DNA of 64,000 bases from Nitrospirota bacterium (GTDB taxonomy: Bacteria > Nitrospirota > UBA9217). How positions within the stretch are numbered: position 1 is the stretch's first letter; each line of letters opens with the position of its first letter. Both the position numbers and the translations under genes were made by a program. Where the stretch lies: contig CAVVOB010000028.1 of NCBI GenBank assembly GCA_963749655.1, positions 160,001-224,000 of the forward strand. The letters are read 5' to 3'. The notes beneath the pieces are model-generated. The model was not told the DNA's origin. It did no database searches and saw only the letters and a list, made by a program, of their open reading frames with translations. Positions 1 through 11,610 of the stretch are shown here, one piece after another.

Positions 1-239
1 CCGCTGATCCAGACCCTGCCCTTCTTCTTTTTGTTCACCTCCCGGGCCAGAAGCTCCGCTGCGTTCACCTTCACATCTACAAAGGCGCCCCAGGGCTCCC
101 GATGGCGGGTGAATCGCTTCATGAACTTCGCGTAGCAATAGAGGCAGTTGTGCCCGCATCCCACGTAGGCGTTCAGGGCATACTCGTAGATCTGCGATTT
201 CGAAAGGATGGTCTTTGCATGGATCTCTTTCACGATCAT
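1..239 (-). CDS. Radical SAM protein, spore photoproduct lyase-like family (5' part only, runs off window)
   Basis: Manual translation MIVKEIHAKTILSKSQIYEYALNAYVGCGHNCLYCYAKFMKRF...; contains CxxxCxxC motif; absent from ORF track because it is truncated. Confidence 0.85.
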   Translation of the reverse strand, partial: MIVKEIHAKTILSKSQIYEYALNAYVGCGHNCLYCYAKFMKRFTRHREPWGAFVDVKVNAAELLAREVNKKKKGRVWIS

Positions 240-408
240 AAGACATTATACAACAGAAGAGTCGGAAGATCAGGAGAGACGTTGCCCCGTTCAACTCAGC
301 AGGTATGCTAAAAGGATTTATCGAGATCATTTCCCTCAGAACTGTTACCATGTCCCGACATCTTTTCTTCACCGGCGATTTGACGCGCATCTATTTTGGG
401 AGTGCTTA

Positions 409-426
409 CATTCCGCATTCCGCATT
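409..426. repeat. CATTCCG heptamer tandem repeat
   Basis: cattccg-cattccg-catt; same unit at 14808-14840 (reverse complement) and 45641-45672. Confidence 0.6.
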
Positions 427-558
427 TTTTTCCCCTTCGTCTTTTCTCGCTGCCTCCCCGGCACCCTTCATTTTTGCTAGAATTTATTAAGGGAGAGCAC
501 GAAACGCACTCGGTCCGAAAAGCTTCGCAATCCTTGCATCACGACGAAAGGAAACGAT

Positions 559-1050
559 ATGAACATCGAGATCTCTGACAAAGAATACCGCGACCTGCTG
601 GATATCCTGCACATAGCCGACGTGGTCATGTCCGGACACCGGAGGGAAGAAGACGGCCGCACCGCGCGGCACCGGGCGCTGATCCAGAAGCTCTACGGCC
701 TCGCGCACAACGAAAGCTTTGACCGGCTCATCAGCTACAACGAAAGCCGGAACAAATACGTCCCGACCGGAGATTTTGAACAGAACACCCTCGCTCATAG
801 GGTCATCGACGAGTACGGAGACCACCTCTTCTGGGACCAGCTGATCTCGCGGCTGTCGGTCCGGGATGCGGCGCTTATTGCAGGCGGGATGGACCAACTC
901 AACGCCATGAATGACAACGACCGCGGGCAGGTGGAAGGGCCGATCCGGCAGCGGTACATCGAGGAATTCACCTCCCACGGCGTTGCCAACCTGGAGATCC
1001 TCGAACGCTTCGGCGCAGGCAATGCCATGCCGATAAAGACGTCGGACTGA
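559..1050 (+). CDS. Hypothetical protein, 163 aa
   Basis: AAGGA SD upstream, typical codon usage, no recognised motif. Confidence 0.75.
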   Translation: MNIEISDKEYRDLLDILHIADVVMSGHRREEDGRTARHRALIQKLYGLAHNESFDRLISYNESRNKYVPTGDFEQNTLAHRVIDEYGDHLFWDQLISRLSVRDAALIAGGMDQLNAMNDNDRGQVEGPIRQRYIEEFTSHGVANLEILERFGAGNAMPIKTSD

Positions 1051-1370
1051 TCCCGAGACCGATCGCGGGCAACCTGAGCCGAGAGTCTCTCATTCTTTTC
1101 AATCTGTCCCTCGCGCCAGTCTCTCTCAGTTTGAAAACTGTGCCGTCCCCGGAAATCCCTGCAGAACCCCTGAAAACCGATTTTTTTACCCTCTACCTGA
1201 TCTGTGCATGCTAAGCAGCACTTTAAAGGTACTGCCCGTATGAGCTTTCGCTGACAGAATGAGACGGTTGTTCAAAGTGAGCCACCGTATTTGATCAGGT
1301 TGTTCGGTGCGTGTGCAATTTCTTCGCGGCATCTCTCACAAATTCAATAGATTAGCGACAAAAAATGTTG

Positions 1371-1386
1371 TGGCACACCGCTTGCT
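1371..1386 (+). promoter_or_regulatory. Sigma54 (-24/-12) promoter
   Basis: TGGCAC-ACCGC-TTGCT with exact GG-N10-GC spacing; IHF-like ATTCAATAGATTA just upstream (~1342-1354). Confidence 0.75.
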
Positions 1387-1672
1387 AATATCTGTGTTGG
1401 TTGTACATTGATTTCTGGCCATCTTTTTTTTTTGAAAAAGAAGACGATCCTCAACAATTGTCAATTCCCCATTATAGGTAATTTTATATTTTACTCTTGA
1501 TGATCAAATTGCGGCAGAGACCGCATGAGCTGGGCGGTTTGCAATATTTACGGCACTGGAAGGCGAGAACAGGTCGCCCTTGATGCGGTTCGTCGCCGCC
1601 TTTACCATTTCAATTTTTTTACTCGGACAAGAGGAAAGGAGTTTCCCCACCATGAAGAAAGGAGAACGGATT

Positions 1673-3887
1673 ATGAAGAGTAGAATCGCGCTTTTCAGCA
1701 TTACAGTGTTGACGCTTCTCGGTACGACGATGGCAGGAAACGGCAGTGCCAGCACCCTGGTGCAGCAGACAGCGCTTCCGGGCGCGTGCGTTCCCCAGTT
1801 TGCGGTTTCCCTGCCTGTGTTCGGGCCGGCAGGATCCATCAAGCCGCGTAGATGCGGACAAGCATCCCGCACTCACCGTGACGATGAAGGAGATCGACCA
1901 GCAGGTGCTCCCTTCAGGCACGGACACCTGCGGGATGGGCGTGATCTTCGGGAAGACCCGGGTCTGGGCCTATGAGACCACTGATTCGTTCACGAACAAA
2001 GTGCTGGGGCCTGCAAACTGGCCCGCGGTCACGGTCGAAACGCTGCGCGGGGTGCCCACTCTCATGAAGTACGTGAACAATCTCCCGAGCTTCGATTCGA
2101 CCAATCCCACAGGCCCGGGCATGGTGCAGGGACTGGTATCGGTTGACAAGACGCTCATGTGGGCCGACCCGCTCAATGTGGGAATGATGAATCCCTGCCT
2201 GGACAACCCGCTGGGAGCGGGGTGCAACCAGCCCTACACCGGGCCGGTCCCGGCTGTGGTGCACCTTCACGGAGGCGAGATCTCCTCGCTCTATGACGGC
2301 GGACCGGAGGCATGGATGACGCCGGACGGCAAGACCGGAACGGGCTTTTATTCCCTCTACAACGCCGGAGCAGGCAAGGCGGTTTATGCCTATCTGAACA
2401 GGCAGGAGCCCGGGACCCTCTGGTTCCACGACCATGCCATGGGCGCGACACGAACGAACGTGTACAGCGGCATGGCGGCCTTCTACTTCCTGCGCGACTC
2501 GAAGAGCGAGCCCAACAACCTTCCGCAAGGACGCCTATGAGATCGAAATGGCGATCCAGGACCGTCAGTTCGACACGAACAGCCAGCTCTTCTTCCCTGA
2601 CGGGAGCGATGCACTCTGCGGCACAGGACTGGCCGGCGATCCCTGTTTGAACGGCGCACCCGGCAACCCGACGGTCCATCCTTTCTGGATCCCCGAATTC
2701 TTCGGCGACGTGGCGATCGTAAACGGCGCACCCTGGCCCTATTATAATGTCCAGCCCCGGCGCTATCGTTTCCGGATTCTTGACGGGTCGAATGCGCGGT
2801 TCTACAATCTCAATTTCGGAGCAGCTAAGGTCTACGCAATCGGGTCCGACGGCAACTACTTGAACAAACCGGCGGCTCTTGCGAATCTGTTCATGGCGCC
2901 GGGCGAGCGCTATGATGTGATCGTGGACTTCTCCGGACTCGGACGGACAGACAATCACGGTCACGAACGACGCCAAGGCACCCTATCCCGACGGCATGTC
3001 GCCGGTGCCCTACTCGAGCGCTTCATGCACAGGAGGCACCTGTCCGGCTGATCAGCCGACCATGGCGAACATCATGCAGTTCCGCGTAAGCTCCGCGGCC
3101 GTGAGCGACTCGAGCTGCAACCCGACTGTAGCGGGCAACTGCACACGGCCGTCCTCGATCGTTGCCCTGACCGACGGAGCCGGTCACCTGGCGTCGGGTG
3201 TGAAGATCGACAAAAAACGGCAGCTTATCCTGAAGGAGTACGAAGACCCGGTGACCCAGACGCCTGTCATGGTGCTGGTAAACAACACCATGTTCGATGG
3301 TACGCGTTCGGCAAGCATCGATGCAGAATTCGGAACGGACGGCGTGAGCGAACTGCCGCAGCAGGGCTCGACCGAGCTCTGGGAGATCATCAACCTGACC
3401 GTGGACGCTCACCCGATCCACACCCATCTGACCCAGTTCCAGATCGTGAGCCGTGAGAGCTTCACGGACACCTACGTTGCCGACTGGTCTGCGGCATTCG
3501 GAACAGGGCCAACCCCGCTGCCGACGACGTGTACGGCGGGACAGTTCTGCCCGGGGTATGGACCGCCGCTTTCCTACAGCACGCTGAACGCTGACGGCGC
3601 TTTGGGCGGAAACCCGGCCATCAGCCCCTACCTCATGGGCGATGTGACGGCTCCGGCGCCTGAAGAAGCGGGCTGGAAGGACACGGCAAAGGTCATGCCC
3701 GGCCAGGTGCTGAGGCTCGCTGGTCAGGTATGTGCCGAGCTCGACTCCGCTTGTGGCCAACCAAACCTACGCAGGACAGAACAAATACGCCTTCGACCCG
3801 ACCAAGGGCGACGGATACGTATGGCATTGCCATATCATCGACCATGAAGACAACGAAATGATGAGGCCTTTCAGGGTCGTGAAGTAG
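1673..3887 (+). CDS. Secreted multicopper oxidase (CotA/bilirubin oxidase-like), broken by ~4 apparent frameshifts (~1845, ~2535, ~2950, ~3720)
   Basis: Copper motifs HLHGG, WFHDH, HPIHTH and WHCHIIDHEDNEMM lie in successive frames; N-terminal signal peptide. Confidence 0.9.
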
Positions 3888-3926
3888 TAACGGAGATGGC
3901 GGCGAGCGCAGGAGAGGAAGCAAATC

Positions 3927-4684
3927 ATGAAGATGAAATGGATTACACTCTCGATCGTGAGTACGGGCCTGGCTGGCTTCCCTGGCCCTGGCCGGTGAAC
4001 AGACCATGCTCAAGGACCAGAAGGCAAGAGACAGCTACAGCCTGGGCTACCAGTTCGGCCGACAACCTGGCCGGTCAGGAAGTGGAGCTTGACAAGGAGG
4101 TCCTTGTCGCCGCAGTGCGCGACGCGCTCGAAGGCAAGAAAGCCCGTTCTCAGCCTGACTGAGATTGATGACACCGTAAAGGAACTGCGGCGCAAGGTGG
4201 TTTTCCTGCAGGGCCAGCGGACCCGAGAGCTGGCGGCCAGGAACCTGGAGGAAGCGAAGTCGTTCCTTGAAGCAAATGCAAAAAAAGAAGGCGTTATAAC
4301 CCTCCCGAGCGGACTGCAGTACAGAGTCATCAGGGAAGGGAAAGGGCAGGGTCCGAAAGCGACCGACGGCGTCAGGATGCGCTACCGGGGGACGCTCGTA
4401 AACGGCACCGAGTTCGACAACGCGGCAAAGCCACGCCGACAGCGATGTCCCGGTGATCCCGGTCTCAGGCGCGCAACAAGGGCTGGTCCGAGGCGCTTCA
4501 GCTCATGAAGCCGGGCTCCAAGTGGCAGCTCTTCGTGCCCCCGCAACTGGGTTACGGGGAACAACAGGTCGGCCGTGTTCCTCCGAACAGCGTCCTGATC
4601 TATGATCTGGAACTGCTGTCCGTTGTGGACAGGTCTGCCGCGGGCAAGGCTTCGGCTGCGGGGTCCCGGGAAAAAAGGAATTAG
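3927..4684 (+). CDS. FKBP-type peptidyl-prolyl isomerase (FkpA/Mip-like), frameshifted
   Basis: SYSLGYQF, GVITLPSGLQY, YRGTLVNGTEFD, GWSEALQLMKPGSKWQLFVPPQLGYG, PPNSVLIYDLELL across frames. Confidence 0.85.
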
Positions 4685-4749
4685 CAAATCAGGGTCCGGG
4701 AAGTATACGGGCCCACATCAAGTCACCAGTGATAAAGGAGGTTAATACT

Positions 4750-5274
4750 ATGAATTTTTTTAAGATAAAATGGGCAGTATTGAGCCTGGGAGTACTCCTG
4801 CTGGCTGCGTGCAGCAGCGGCAGCGGCAGTTCGCCCTCTGGCAGCTCCATAGTGATGACCGCTACCGATGCGACGGGAGCACAGACGACGTTTGTTGCAA
4901 CCGACGCCAATTCGCTCTTCTCGGCCCATACGAACACGACCGAGAACAAGACCGTCATCGAGGTCTGCAGTGATGTCGACAAGAACAATGATTGCTCGAA
5001 AGTGATGATCATGACCATCGACGGGACCACGGCCCAGAAGTATACGATGGATTCTGCCGACGCTCTGTCGCAGATCGTCTGGCATAGCGACGATCCTGAA
5101 GGGTCATTCACGAACCACTATCTCAGCAGCGCAGGCGAGATCGGTGTCGAGAGCATCAACGACACAACAGGCGGATTCGTGGCAGGCACGATAAACGCCA
5201 CCCTCGAATGCAACAGCGGCTGCAGCGGCACCGCCACCGTGTCCGGCAAATACCAGATCGCTCTCGGTCAATAG
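4750..5274 (+). CDS. Lipoprotein of unknown function
   Basis: AAGGAGG SD; lipobox LLLAAC followed by Ser/Gly linker. Confidence 0.8.
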   Translation: MNFFKIKWAVLSLGVLLLAACSSGSGSSPSGSSIVMTATDATGAQTTFVATDANSLFSAHTNTTENKTVIEVCSDVDKNNDCSKVMIMTIDGTTAQKYTMDSADALSQIVWHSDDPEGSFTNHYLSSAGEIGVESINDTTGGFVAGTINATLECNSGCSGTATVSGKYQIALGQ

Positions 5275-5311
5275 AAACCCGGATCAACACGAGTGAGCAC
5301 GGCTTTCAAAG

Positions 5312-5342
5312 GCCGGGGATCAACTCCCCGGCTTTTTCTTTT
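5312..5342 (+). terminator. Intrinsic terminator
   Basis: gccgggga-tcaac-tccccggc followed by T run. Confidence 0.75.
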
Positions 5343-5450
5343 CCCTAGTTACATACGCCCTGAATTTGACCCGTCTGAATTGCCTCATTCCAAAATCCCT
5401 GTTGATGCCCTCCATGCTATACTTGAATCATCATTCTGTAATCGCCTTCC

Positions 5451-7159
5451 ATGACAGACGACCTCAAACACAGGATAGCCGCAGCTCGGGGCCTTGAGAA
5501 AGCCGACCTCGTATTGAAGGGCGGCAGCCTCGTCAATGTATTTTCCGGCGAGATCTACGAAACCGATATCGCTGTCGTGGACGGCAGGATCGCGGGCCTC
5601 GGCGGGTACGACGGCCGCACGGTCGTCGACGTCTCATCGAAATTCATCCTTCCCGGCTTGATCGACAGCCACGTGCATGTTGAAAGCTCGATGCTCACGC
5701 CTGCCGAGTTCTGCAGGGCCGCGCTCCCGCACGGTACCACCGCCGTAGTCGCCGATCCCCACGAGATAGCGAACGTCCTCGGAAAGACCGGGATCCGGTA
5801 CATGCTTGCCGCGTCAGAAGGCCTTCCCCTGGACTTCTACTTCATGCTTCCGTCCTGTGTGCCCACCTCTTCACTCGAGACCTCGGGCGCGCGGCTTTCG
5901 ACAGCGGACCTCCTGCCGCTGCTCAAACACAGACGGGTGCTCGGCCTGGCCGAGATGATGAATTATCCCGGAGTGCTGAATGGCGATCCCGGCGTACTGC
6001 GGAAGCTCAAGGCTTTCTCCGGCGCAGCGATAGACGGCCATGCGCCCGAGGTTTCAGGCAATGATCTTTCAGCTTACGCAGGCGCGGGGATATCGTCGGA
6101 CCACGAGTGCACGACAGCGGAAGAAGCACGGGAGAAAGTCAGGCTGGGCATGACGGTCTTCATGCGCGAAGGCTCGGCCGCCAGGGACCTCGAGGCCCTT
6201 CTTCCGGCGGTTACGCCCGCCAATGCGCAGTTCTTTACGCTGGCAACGGACGACTTCCAGCCCGGCGAGCTGAAGCAGGGAAGCATCAACCGGCTCGTTC
6301 AAAAAGCCGTGCGCTTCGGCCTGGATCCCGTCACGGCCGTCCGGATGGCCACCATCAATTCGGCGCGCCACTTCGGGCTCCGCCGCAAGGGCGCGGTGCT
6401 GCCGGGATACGATGCCGACATGGTCATCGTCAGCGGCCTGAAGGATTTTTCCGTGGAAAAGGTCTTCAAGCTCGGGAAACTGGTAGCCGAGGGAGGGAGC
6501 TGTACCTGTGGCGTCAGTCGCATACAAAGCGCCCGGGCAAGGGAAACGGTCAGGACCGGACCGATAAGCATACAGGACCTCCGGATAAAAGCAAAGACGC
6601 GTCACGCCAGGGTCATCGAGCTAATCCCGAACCAGATCGAGACAAAGTGCTCCATCCTGCCGGTGACCGTACGGGACGGCCACGTTGTCTCCGATGTGCA
6701 GAGTGATGTTCTCAAGCTTGTCGTTATCGAGCGTCACAAGGCTACGGGCAGACGGGGGCTCGGCCTGCTCAGGGGCCTCGGGCTCAAGACAGGCGCTCTT
6801 GCGGCAACCGTGGCCCACGACTCGCACAACATCATCGCCTGCGGGGTCGCTGATGAAGACATCGTTGCCGCTGTATCGCGCCTGCAAAAGATCCGGGGCG
6901 GGCTCGTGGTCGTGAATCGCGGAAGAGTGATTGCGGAAATCCCCCTGCCCATCGCAGGGCTCATGTCGGAAAGCCCCTTGACTTCGTCGTCAGCAGGCTT
7001 GCGAAGATCGATTCAGCTGTCAAGGAGCTCGGCGCCACGATCGAACATCCCTTCGGCGTGCTGTCGTTCCTGGCCCTGCCGGTCGTGCCCGAGCTGAAGC
7101 TCACGGACCGGGGGCTCGTGGACGTGAAACAGTTCAGGATCGTGGACTTGTTTGTTTGA
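5451..7159 (+). CDS. ade: Adenine deaminase (frameshift near 6980)
   Basis: DSHVHVESS, DPHEIANV, GLAEMMNYPG, DHE, AHDSHN; C-terminus FLALPVVPELKLTDRGL in a shifted frame. Confidence 0.93.
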
Positions 7160-7194
7160 AAAACACACTCTTGTGTCAAGATGCGATTTGTCTT

Positions 7195-7222
7195 TCTTTG
7201 CGACTTGGCGGCTTTGCGCGAG
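7195..7222. repeat. Octamer tandem repeat (CTTTGCG-type)
   Basis: ctttgcga-cttggcgg-ctttgcgc between ade and hpt. Confidence 0.55.
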
Positions 7223-7295
7223 ACATGCCTTTTTGTGAAGTGTTTGTATTCTCTACTGCAGAACCGCCTACATCGCGGAAGGAATAACCCAGCGT

Positions 7296-7818
7296 ATGAT
7301 CGAGATCGAGGAAATACTTTTCGACGAACAGGCAATTCGCGGCAAGGTACGGGAGCTGGCGGTGCGCATCGCGCACGACTACGCAGAGCAAGGACCTCGT
7401 TCTGGTCTGCATCCTGAAGGGAGCGGTCGTTTTTTTCGCGGACCTGATGCGCGAGATACCTTTTCCCGTGGCAGTCGACTTCATCTGCGCGTCGAGCTAT
7501 GGCATGTCTACGACCGCGGCGAAGGAAATACGGATCAAAAAGGACATTGAAGCCGATGTGCGGGGACGGCACGTGCTTCTCGTTGATACGATTATCGATA
7601 CGGGAGAGACCCTCGCATGCCTGTTCAAACGCTTCGCGGAAAAGGAACCGGCAAGCCTCGAGGCCGTGGTCCTGCTTGACAAGAAACCGCGCCGGAGCGT
7701 CGAGGTAGCGGTCAAGTACCGGGGGTTCGAGATCCCTGACCGGTTCGTGGTCGGCTACGGCGTGGACTGCGCGGAGCAGTACCGGAACCTGCCCTACGTC
7801 GCGACAGTCAAAACATGA
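7296..7818 (+). CDS. hpt: Hypoxanthine phosphoribosyltransferase (frameshift near 7390)
   Basis: ILKGAVVFFADL, VLLVDTIIDTG PRPP motif, FVVGYGVD, YRNLPY. Confidence 0.92.
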
Positions 7819-7957
7819 CGGCAACAGGCGGCAGCAAGCTCCACTACTTCGACGTCGTATATTCAAACAGGCAGGCAACCAAAGATGAGCATAGATAAAC
7901 ACCGATGAAGGGAATTTACATCAAAAGTGAATCGAGCCGCCGACGCAACGTCTCGCC

Positions 7958-9106
7958 TTAAAGCTTTTTCTCATAGATCCGGTATTTTTTGTAAAGCTTT
8001 CCGCCCATGACTTCGCAGCCTTTTTGCATAAGGACGTTGTCCTCCAGGATCCATGACATTTCCGCGCGCTCGTAGCCTTTGCGCCTGGCCGCCTTGAACG
8101 ACTCAAGGTAGAGCAGTCCCTCGATGCCCCTCTTCCGGTACTCTTCCTTCACGCCCGTGGTCAGGACGCGAATATCCGATATTTTTCTCGAATACCATAA
8201 AAACTTCATAATGCCCAGGAGGCCCAGTCTGCCGTTGATCCTGCCGAGGACCTGGTTGTAATCCGGCACGGCCATGAAGAATCCTGCCGGATTGCCGTTC
8301 ACCTCGGCCAGGATGAGCAACTCCGGCGCAATGAGCGGTTTGAGCCGCTCGGCCATGGAGTCGATCTCTTCTTCGGTCATGGGAACGAAACCCCAGTTCC
8401 TGCTCCAGGCTGAATTATAGATATCCTTCACGATTTTGAGTTCCCGGTTGAAGTGCTTCATGTCTGCCGGGCGCACGACGAGACCCGGAACTTTCTTCCT
8501 GACCGCATCTGCCAGCCTTTCGAGCCTTTTGCCGGCCGATACGTCGGCAATCACCGAGATATAGGCGTAGAGGTCCTTGGACTTCGCCAGTCCGCACTGA
8601 TCCATGTACTCCAGATAATAGGGAGGCGTGTAGGTCATCATGATCATGGGAGGAGAGTCGAACCCTTCGAGCAGGAAACCGCACTCGTCGTTCGTCGAGG
8701 GATTCATGGGCCCGCGCATGACCTCCATCTTGCGCTCCTTGAGCCATGACGACGCAACATTGAGAAGCTTTTCCGCGATCACGGGATCGGGAAGGCATTC
8801 AAAGTAGCCGAAGAAGCCGGCCTGCTCGTTGTGGGTTTCGATATGGTTGCGGTCGATGATCGCCGCTATCCTGCCCACGGCCTCGTTGTTTTTGCGGGCG
8901 AGAAAATACGCGGCCTCGGCGTGCCGGAAAAAAGGGTTCTTGTTGCCGAGGACGAATTTGACATCGCTCAGAAGCGGCGGCACCCAGTTGGGGTTGCCGG
9001 CATAGACTTTCCAGGGAAAGCGTATGAATTCGTCCAAACCTTTTGCGCCGGATATCTGTTCGATCTTCACGCTCGATCCTGCTGCGGCAACCGCGGACAA
9101 CTTCAT
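7958..9106 (-). CDS. GNAT-family acyltransferase, YghO-like; candidate bacterial ceramide synthase (bCerS)
   Basis: WVPPL, GRIAA, GFFGYFE, RGPM, WSRNWGF, GVKEEYRKRG, SWILEDN motifs; lies directly downstream of spt. Confidence 0.8.
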   Translation of the reverse strand: MKLSAVAAAGSSVKIEQISGAKGLDEFIRFPWKVYAGNPNWVPPLLSDVKFVLGNKNPFFRHAEAAYFLARKNNEAVGRIAAIIDRNHIETHNEQAGFFGYFECLPDPVIAEKLLNVASSWLKERKMEVMRGPMNPSTNDECGFLLEGFDSPPMIMMTYTPPYYLEYMDQCGLAKSKDLYAYISVIADVSAGKRLERLADAVRKKVPGLVVRPADMKHFNRELKIVKDIYNSAWSRNWGFVPMTEEEIDSMAERLKPLIAPELLILAEVNGNPAGFFMAVPDYNQVLGRINGRLGLLGIMKFLWYSRKISDIRVLTTGVKEEYRKRGIEGLLYLESFKAARRKGYERAEMSWILEDNVLMQKGCEVMGGKLYKKYRIYEKKL

Positions 9107-9210
9107 CGCACACGGTTAAACCGGACACCAGTTTGATTTCGGGAATCGAGCTAAAAGGCTGAAAATGCATTCGACGGGATAACGGGATGAAATCTGGACG
9201 AGCGCCTTTG

Positions 9211-9278
9211 GGCTGGTTCAATCTTATAGATCGAACCAAACAGTATCGCATGGTTCAGGGTGCAAGCCTGAACCAGCC
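9211..9278. repeat. REP-like double hairpin with terminal inverted repeats
   Basis: ggctggttca...tgaaccagcc ends enclosing two tggttc/gaacca hairpins. Confidence 0.6.
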
Positions 9279-9400
9279 GGAGACTGAACAATCAACATAG
9301 GAATGTTAACCAGTCGATCCTGTTATCCTGTCACAAAGTTATTGTTTTCGGGTTCCTGCGTGTTTCGCGAAGCGAAACCCGTGGTTTCAACGTATGTGTT

Positions 9401-10645
9401 TTACGAAATCACGCCCAGCTGCTTCCCCGCCTGCTCGACGATCCCGAGCACCCGGTCGAGCATCTCGTCGGTGTGGGTCGCCATGTAACTCGTACGGATC
9501 ATGCACCGCCCCTGCGGCACCGCGGGAGGCACCACGGGGTTCGCGAACACGCCTTCGTTGCCGAGGATTTTCCACATCATGAACGCCCGCTCCATCTCCC
9601 CCATCATGAGCGGTATGATCGGCGTTTCGGCGACGCCGGTGTCGAAGCCCATCTGCTTGAACGCCTTCATCATCTTGTTCGTGTTGTGCCAGAGCCGCTC
9701 CCTGCGCTCCGGCTCCCGGTCGATGATGTCCAGCGCCGCGATGACCGCTGCCACGGACGCAGGCGGCGGGCTTGCGCTGAAGATGAGCGGCCGGGAAGGG
9801 TGCTTCATGTAGTGAATGACGTCCTCGTCCGCGACGACGAAGCCGCCGATGGAGGCGAGAGACTTGCTGTAGGTGCCCATGATCACGTCGACTTCCTTCT
9901 CGAGGCCGAAATGCTCGGCAGTGCCGCGGCCGGTCTTTCCCAGAACGCCGATGCCGTGTGCGTCGTCCACCATGAGACGGGCGCCGTATTTTTTGCAGAC
10001 CTTCACGATGTCCGGGAGCGGCGCGATGTCGCCTTCCATGCTGTACACGCCGTCCACGACCACGAGCTTGCCCCGGTCTCCGCATTCGTTGAGGACGAAG
10101 TCGAGGCTCCTCATGTCGTTGTGCCTGAATTTTTTAATCTCGGCGAAGGACAGCCTGCAGGCGTCGATGATGCTGGCGTGGTCGAGCTTGTCGATCACGA
10201 CCACGTCGTCCTTGCCGGCGAGGGAAGCAATGATGCCGAGGTTGGTCTGGTAGCCCGTGGAAAAAGTGAGCGCCGCGTCCTTGCGGAAGAACGTCGCCAG
10301 CTTGTCTTCGAGCTCCACGTGAATGTCGAGCGTGCCGTTCAGGAAGCGCGAACCCGCGCACCCGCTCCCATACTTCCGCACGGCCTCGATGGCCGCTTCC
10401 TTCACCTTCGGGTGGTTGGTGAGCCCGAGATAGTTGTTCGACCCGAGCATGATCATCTTCCTGCCTTCGACGATCACCTCGGGATCCTGGGCCGATTCCA
10501 CGACGTGAAAATAGGGATAGAACCCCGCTGCCATGACCTCTTTCGCCGTGGTAAACGTCCGGCACTTTTCGAAAAGGTCCCCCTTGGCGCCCTGCTCCGC
10601 GTTCGGGGCAGCGCCTGTCTTCTTTTTAGAGCCAGTTGTTATCAC
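9401..10645 (-). CDS. spt: Alpha-oxoamine synthase, serine palmitoyltransferase-like
   Basis: GSNNYLGL, GCAGSRFLNGT, DHASII, VDDAHGIG, PLP-Lys motif GTYSKS, SRPLIFSAS; GTG start with GGAGG SD. Confidence 0.8.
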   Translation of the reverse strand: MITTGSKKKTGAAPNAEQGAKGDLFEKCRTFTTAKEVMAAGFYPYFHVVESAQDPEVIVEGRKMIMLGSNNYLGLTNHPKVKEAAIEAVRKYGSGCAGSRFLNGTLDIHVELEDKLATFFRKDAALTFSTGYQTNLGIIASLAGKDDVVVIDKLDHASIIDACRLSFAEIKKFRHNDMRSLDFVLNECGDRGKLVVVDGVYSMEGDIAPLPDIVKVCKKYGARLMVDDAHGIGVLGKTGRGTAEHFGLEKEVDVIMGTYSKSLASIGGFVVADEDVIHYMKHPSRPLIFSASPPPASVAAVIAALDIIDREPERRERLWHNTNKMMKAFKQMGFDTGVAETPIIPLMMGEMERAFMMWKILGNEGVFANPVVPPAVPQGRCMIRTSYMATHTDEMLDRVLGIVEQAGKQLGVIS

Positions 10646-11610
10646 GGTACCACCTCCATGTGGCGTTCAGGCCTTGCTGTAGTGAATGGGCTGCCTTGAA
10701 TCCCAGTTCTTTTTCTATTTTAACGGTATCGCAGATCCAGTATGGTTGTGAAGCTTCCAGCACCTTCTGCCTGTTCATGGGCGAAGGCTTCGAGGTGAAC
10801 AGGCTCCCGACCTCGGACAGCGAGACCGATCAGGTATGCGGCAGCATAGGGAATTTTGACGGCGAGCGCTTTTACGCTTCCTGCAGTCAGCAGGGATTCC
10901 CTGAATTCCGTCCACGAATAGGGACGGCTTTCGGCTGCAAAATATACGCTGCCGCTCGGGGCCGGCTTCTCCACGGCAAGGCAGAGGGCCTGCACAAGGT
11001 CATCGACATAGCAGAAATTGAGAAACCGCTCTTTGCCCGTGATCTCCAGCGTCAGGCCCCGAGCAGCCCAGCGGAAGAGCTCGAACATGTCCCGGTCCCG
11101 GGGGCCGTATACAACCGACGGACGAAGGATGACGACAGGAAAGCGGTCCTTGTATACAAGCGCTTCCTGTTCGGCAAGGAGCTTGCTCCTGCCGTAATCG
11201 GAAACCGGATGAGGAGTGTCGCTGTCCATCACCGGATTTCCGTCAGGGCTCGGACCTGCCGCCGCCTGGCTCGAAACCACGATGAATTTCTCGATGCCCG
11301 GATTATATCGCGCGCATGCTTCCAGAAGATTCCTGGTCCCGATGTGATTTACCGCATAGTAGTCCGCAGGCCGTTTCGCCTTGGTAAGCCCTGCGGCGTG
11401 GATGACAACGGAAGCCTGTGCCACGGCATGAGCGAGCGTGTCGGGCCTTGTGCAGTCGCCTGCCTTTACGTCGATCATTGCTCCCGAAAGCCATCGGAGG
11501 TTCGCAGGGTCCCGCGCGAGGCAGGAAACGGAATGCCCCTGTCTGAGCAGCGCTTCAACCAGGTGGCTTCCGATGAAACCGGTGCCGCCGGTAACGAAAA
11601 TCTTTTTCAC
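10626..11610 (-). CDS. NAD-dependent epimerase/dehydratase (extended SDR); candidate ceramide reductase (frameshift near 10825)
   Basis: TGGTGFIG and YGRSK motifs; corrected C-terminus ...WRWYRDNNWL* overlaps the spt start by 20 nt. Confidence 0.8.

Noticed and set aside
9401-10645. Calling the oxoamine synthase bioF because birA is in the window
   Set aside because: No bio operon context; the motifs and neighbours fit Spt better
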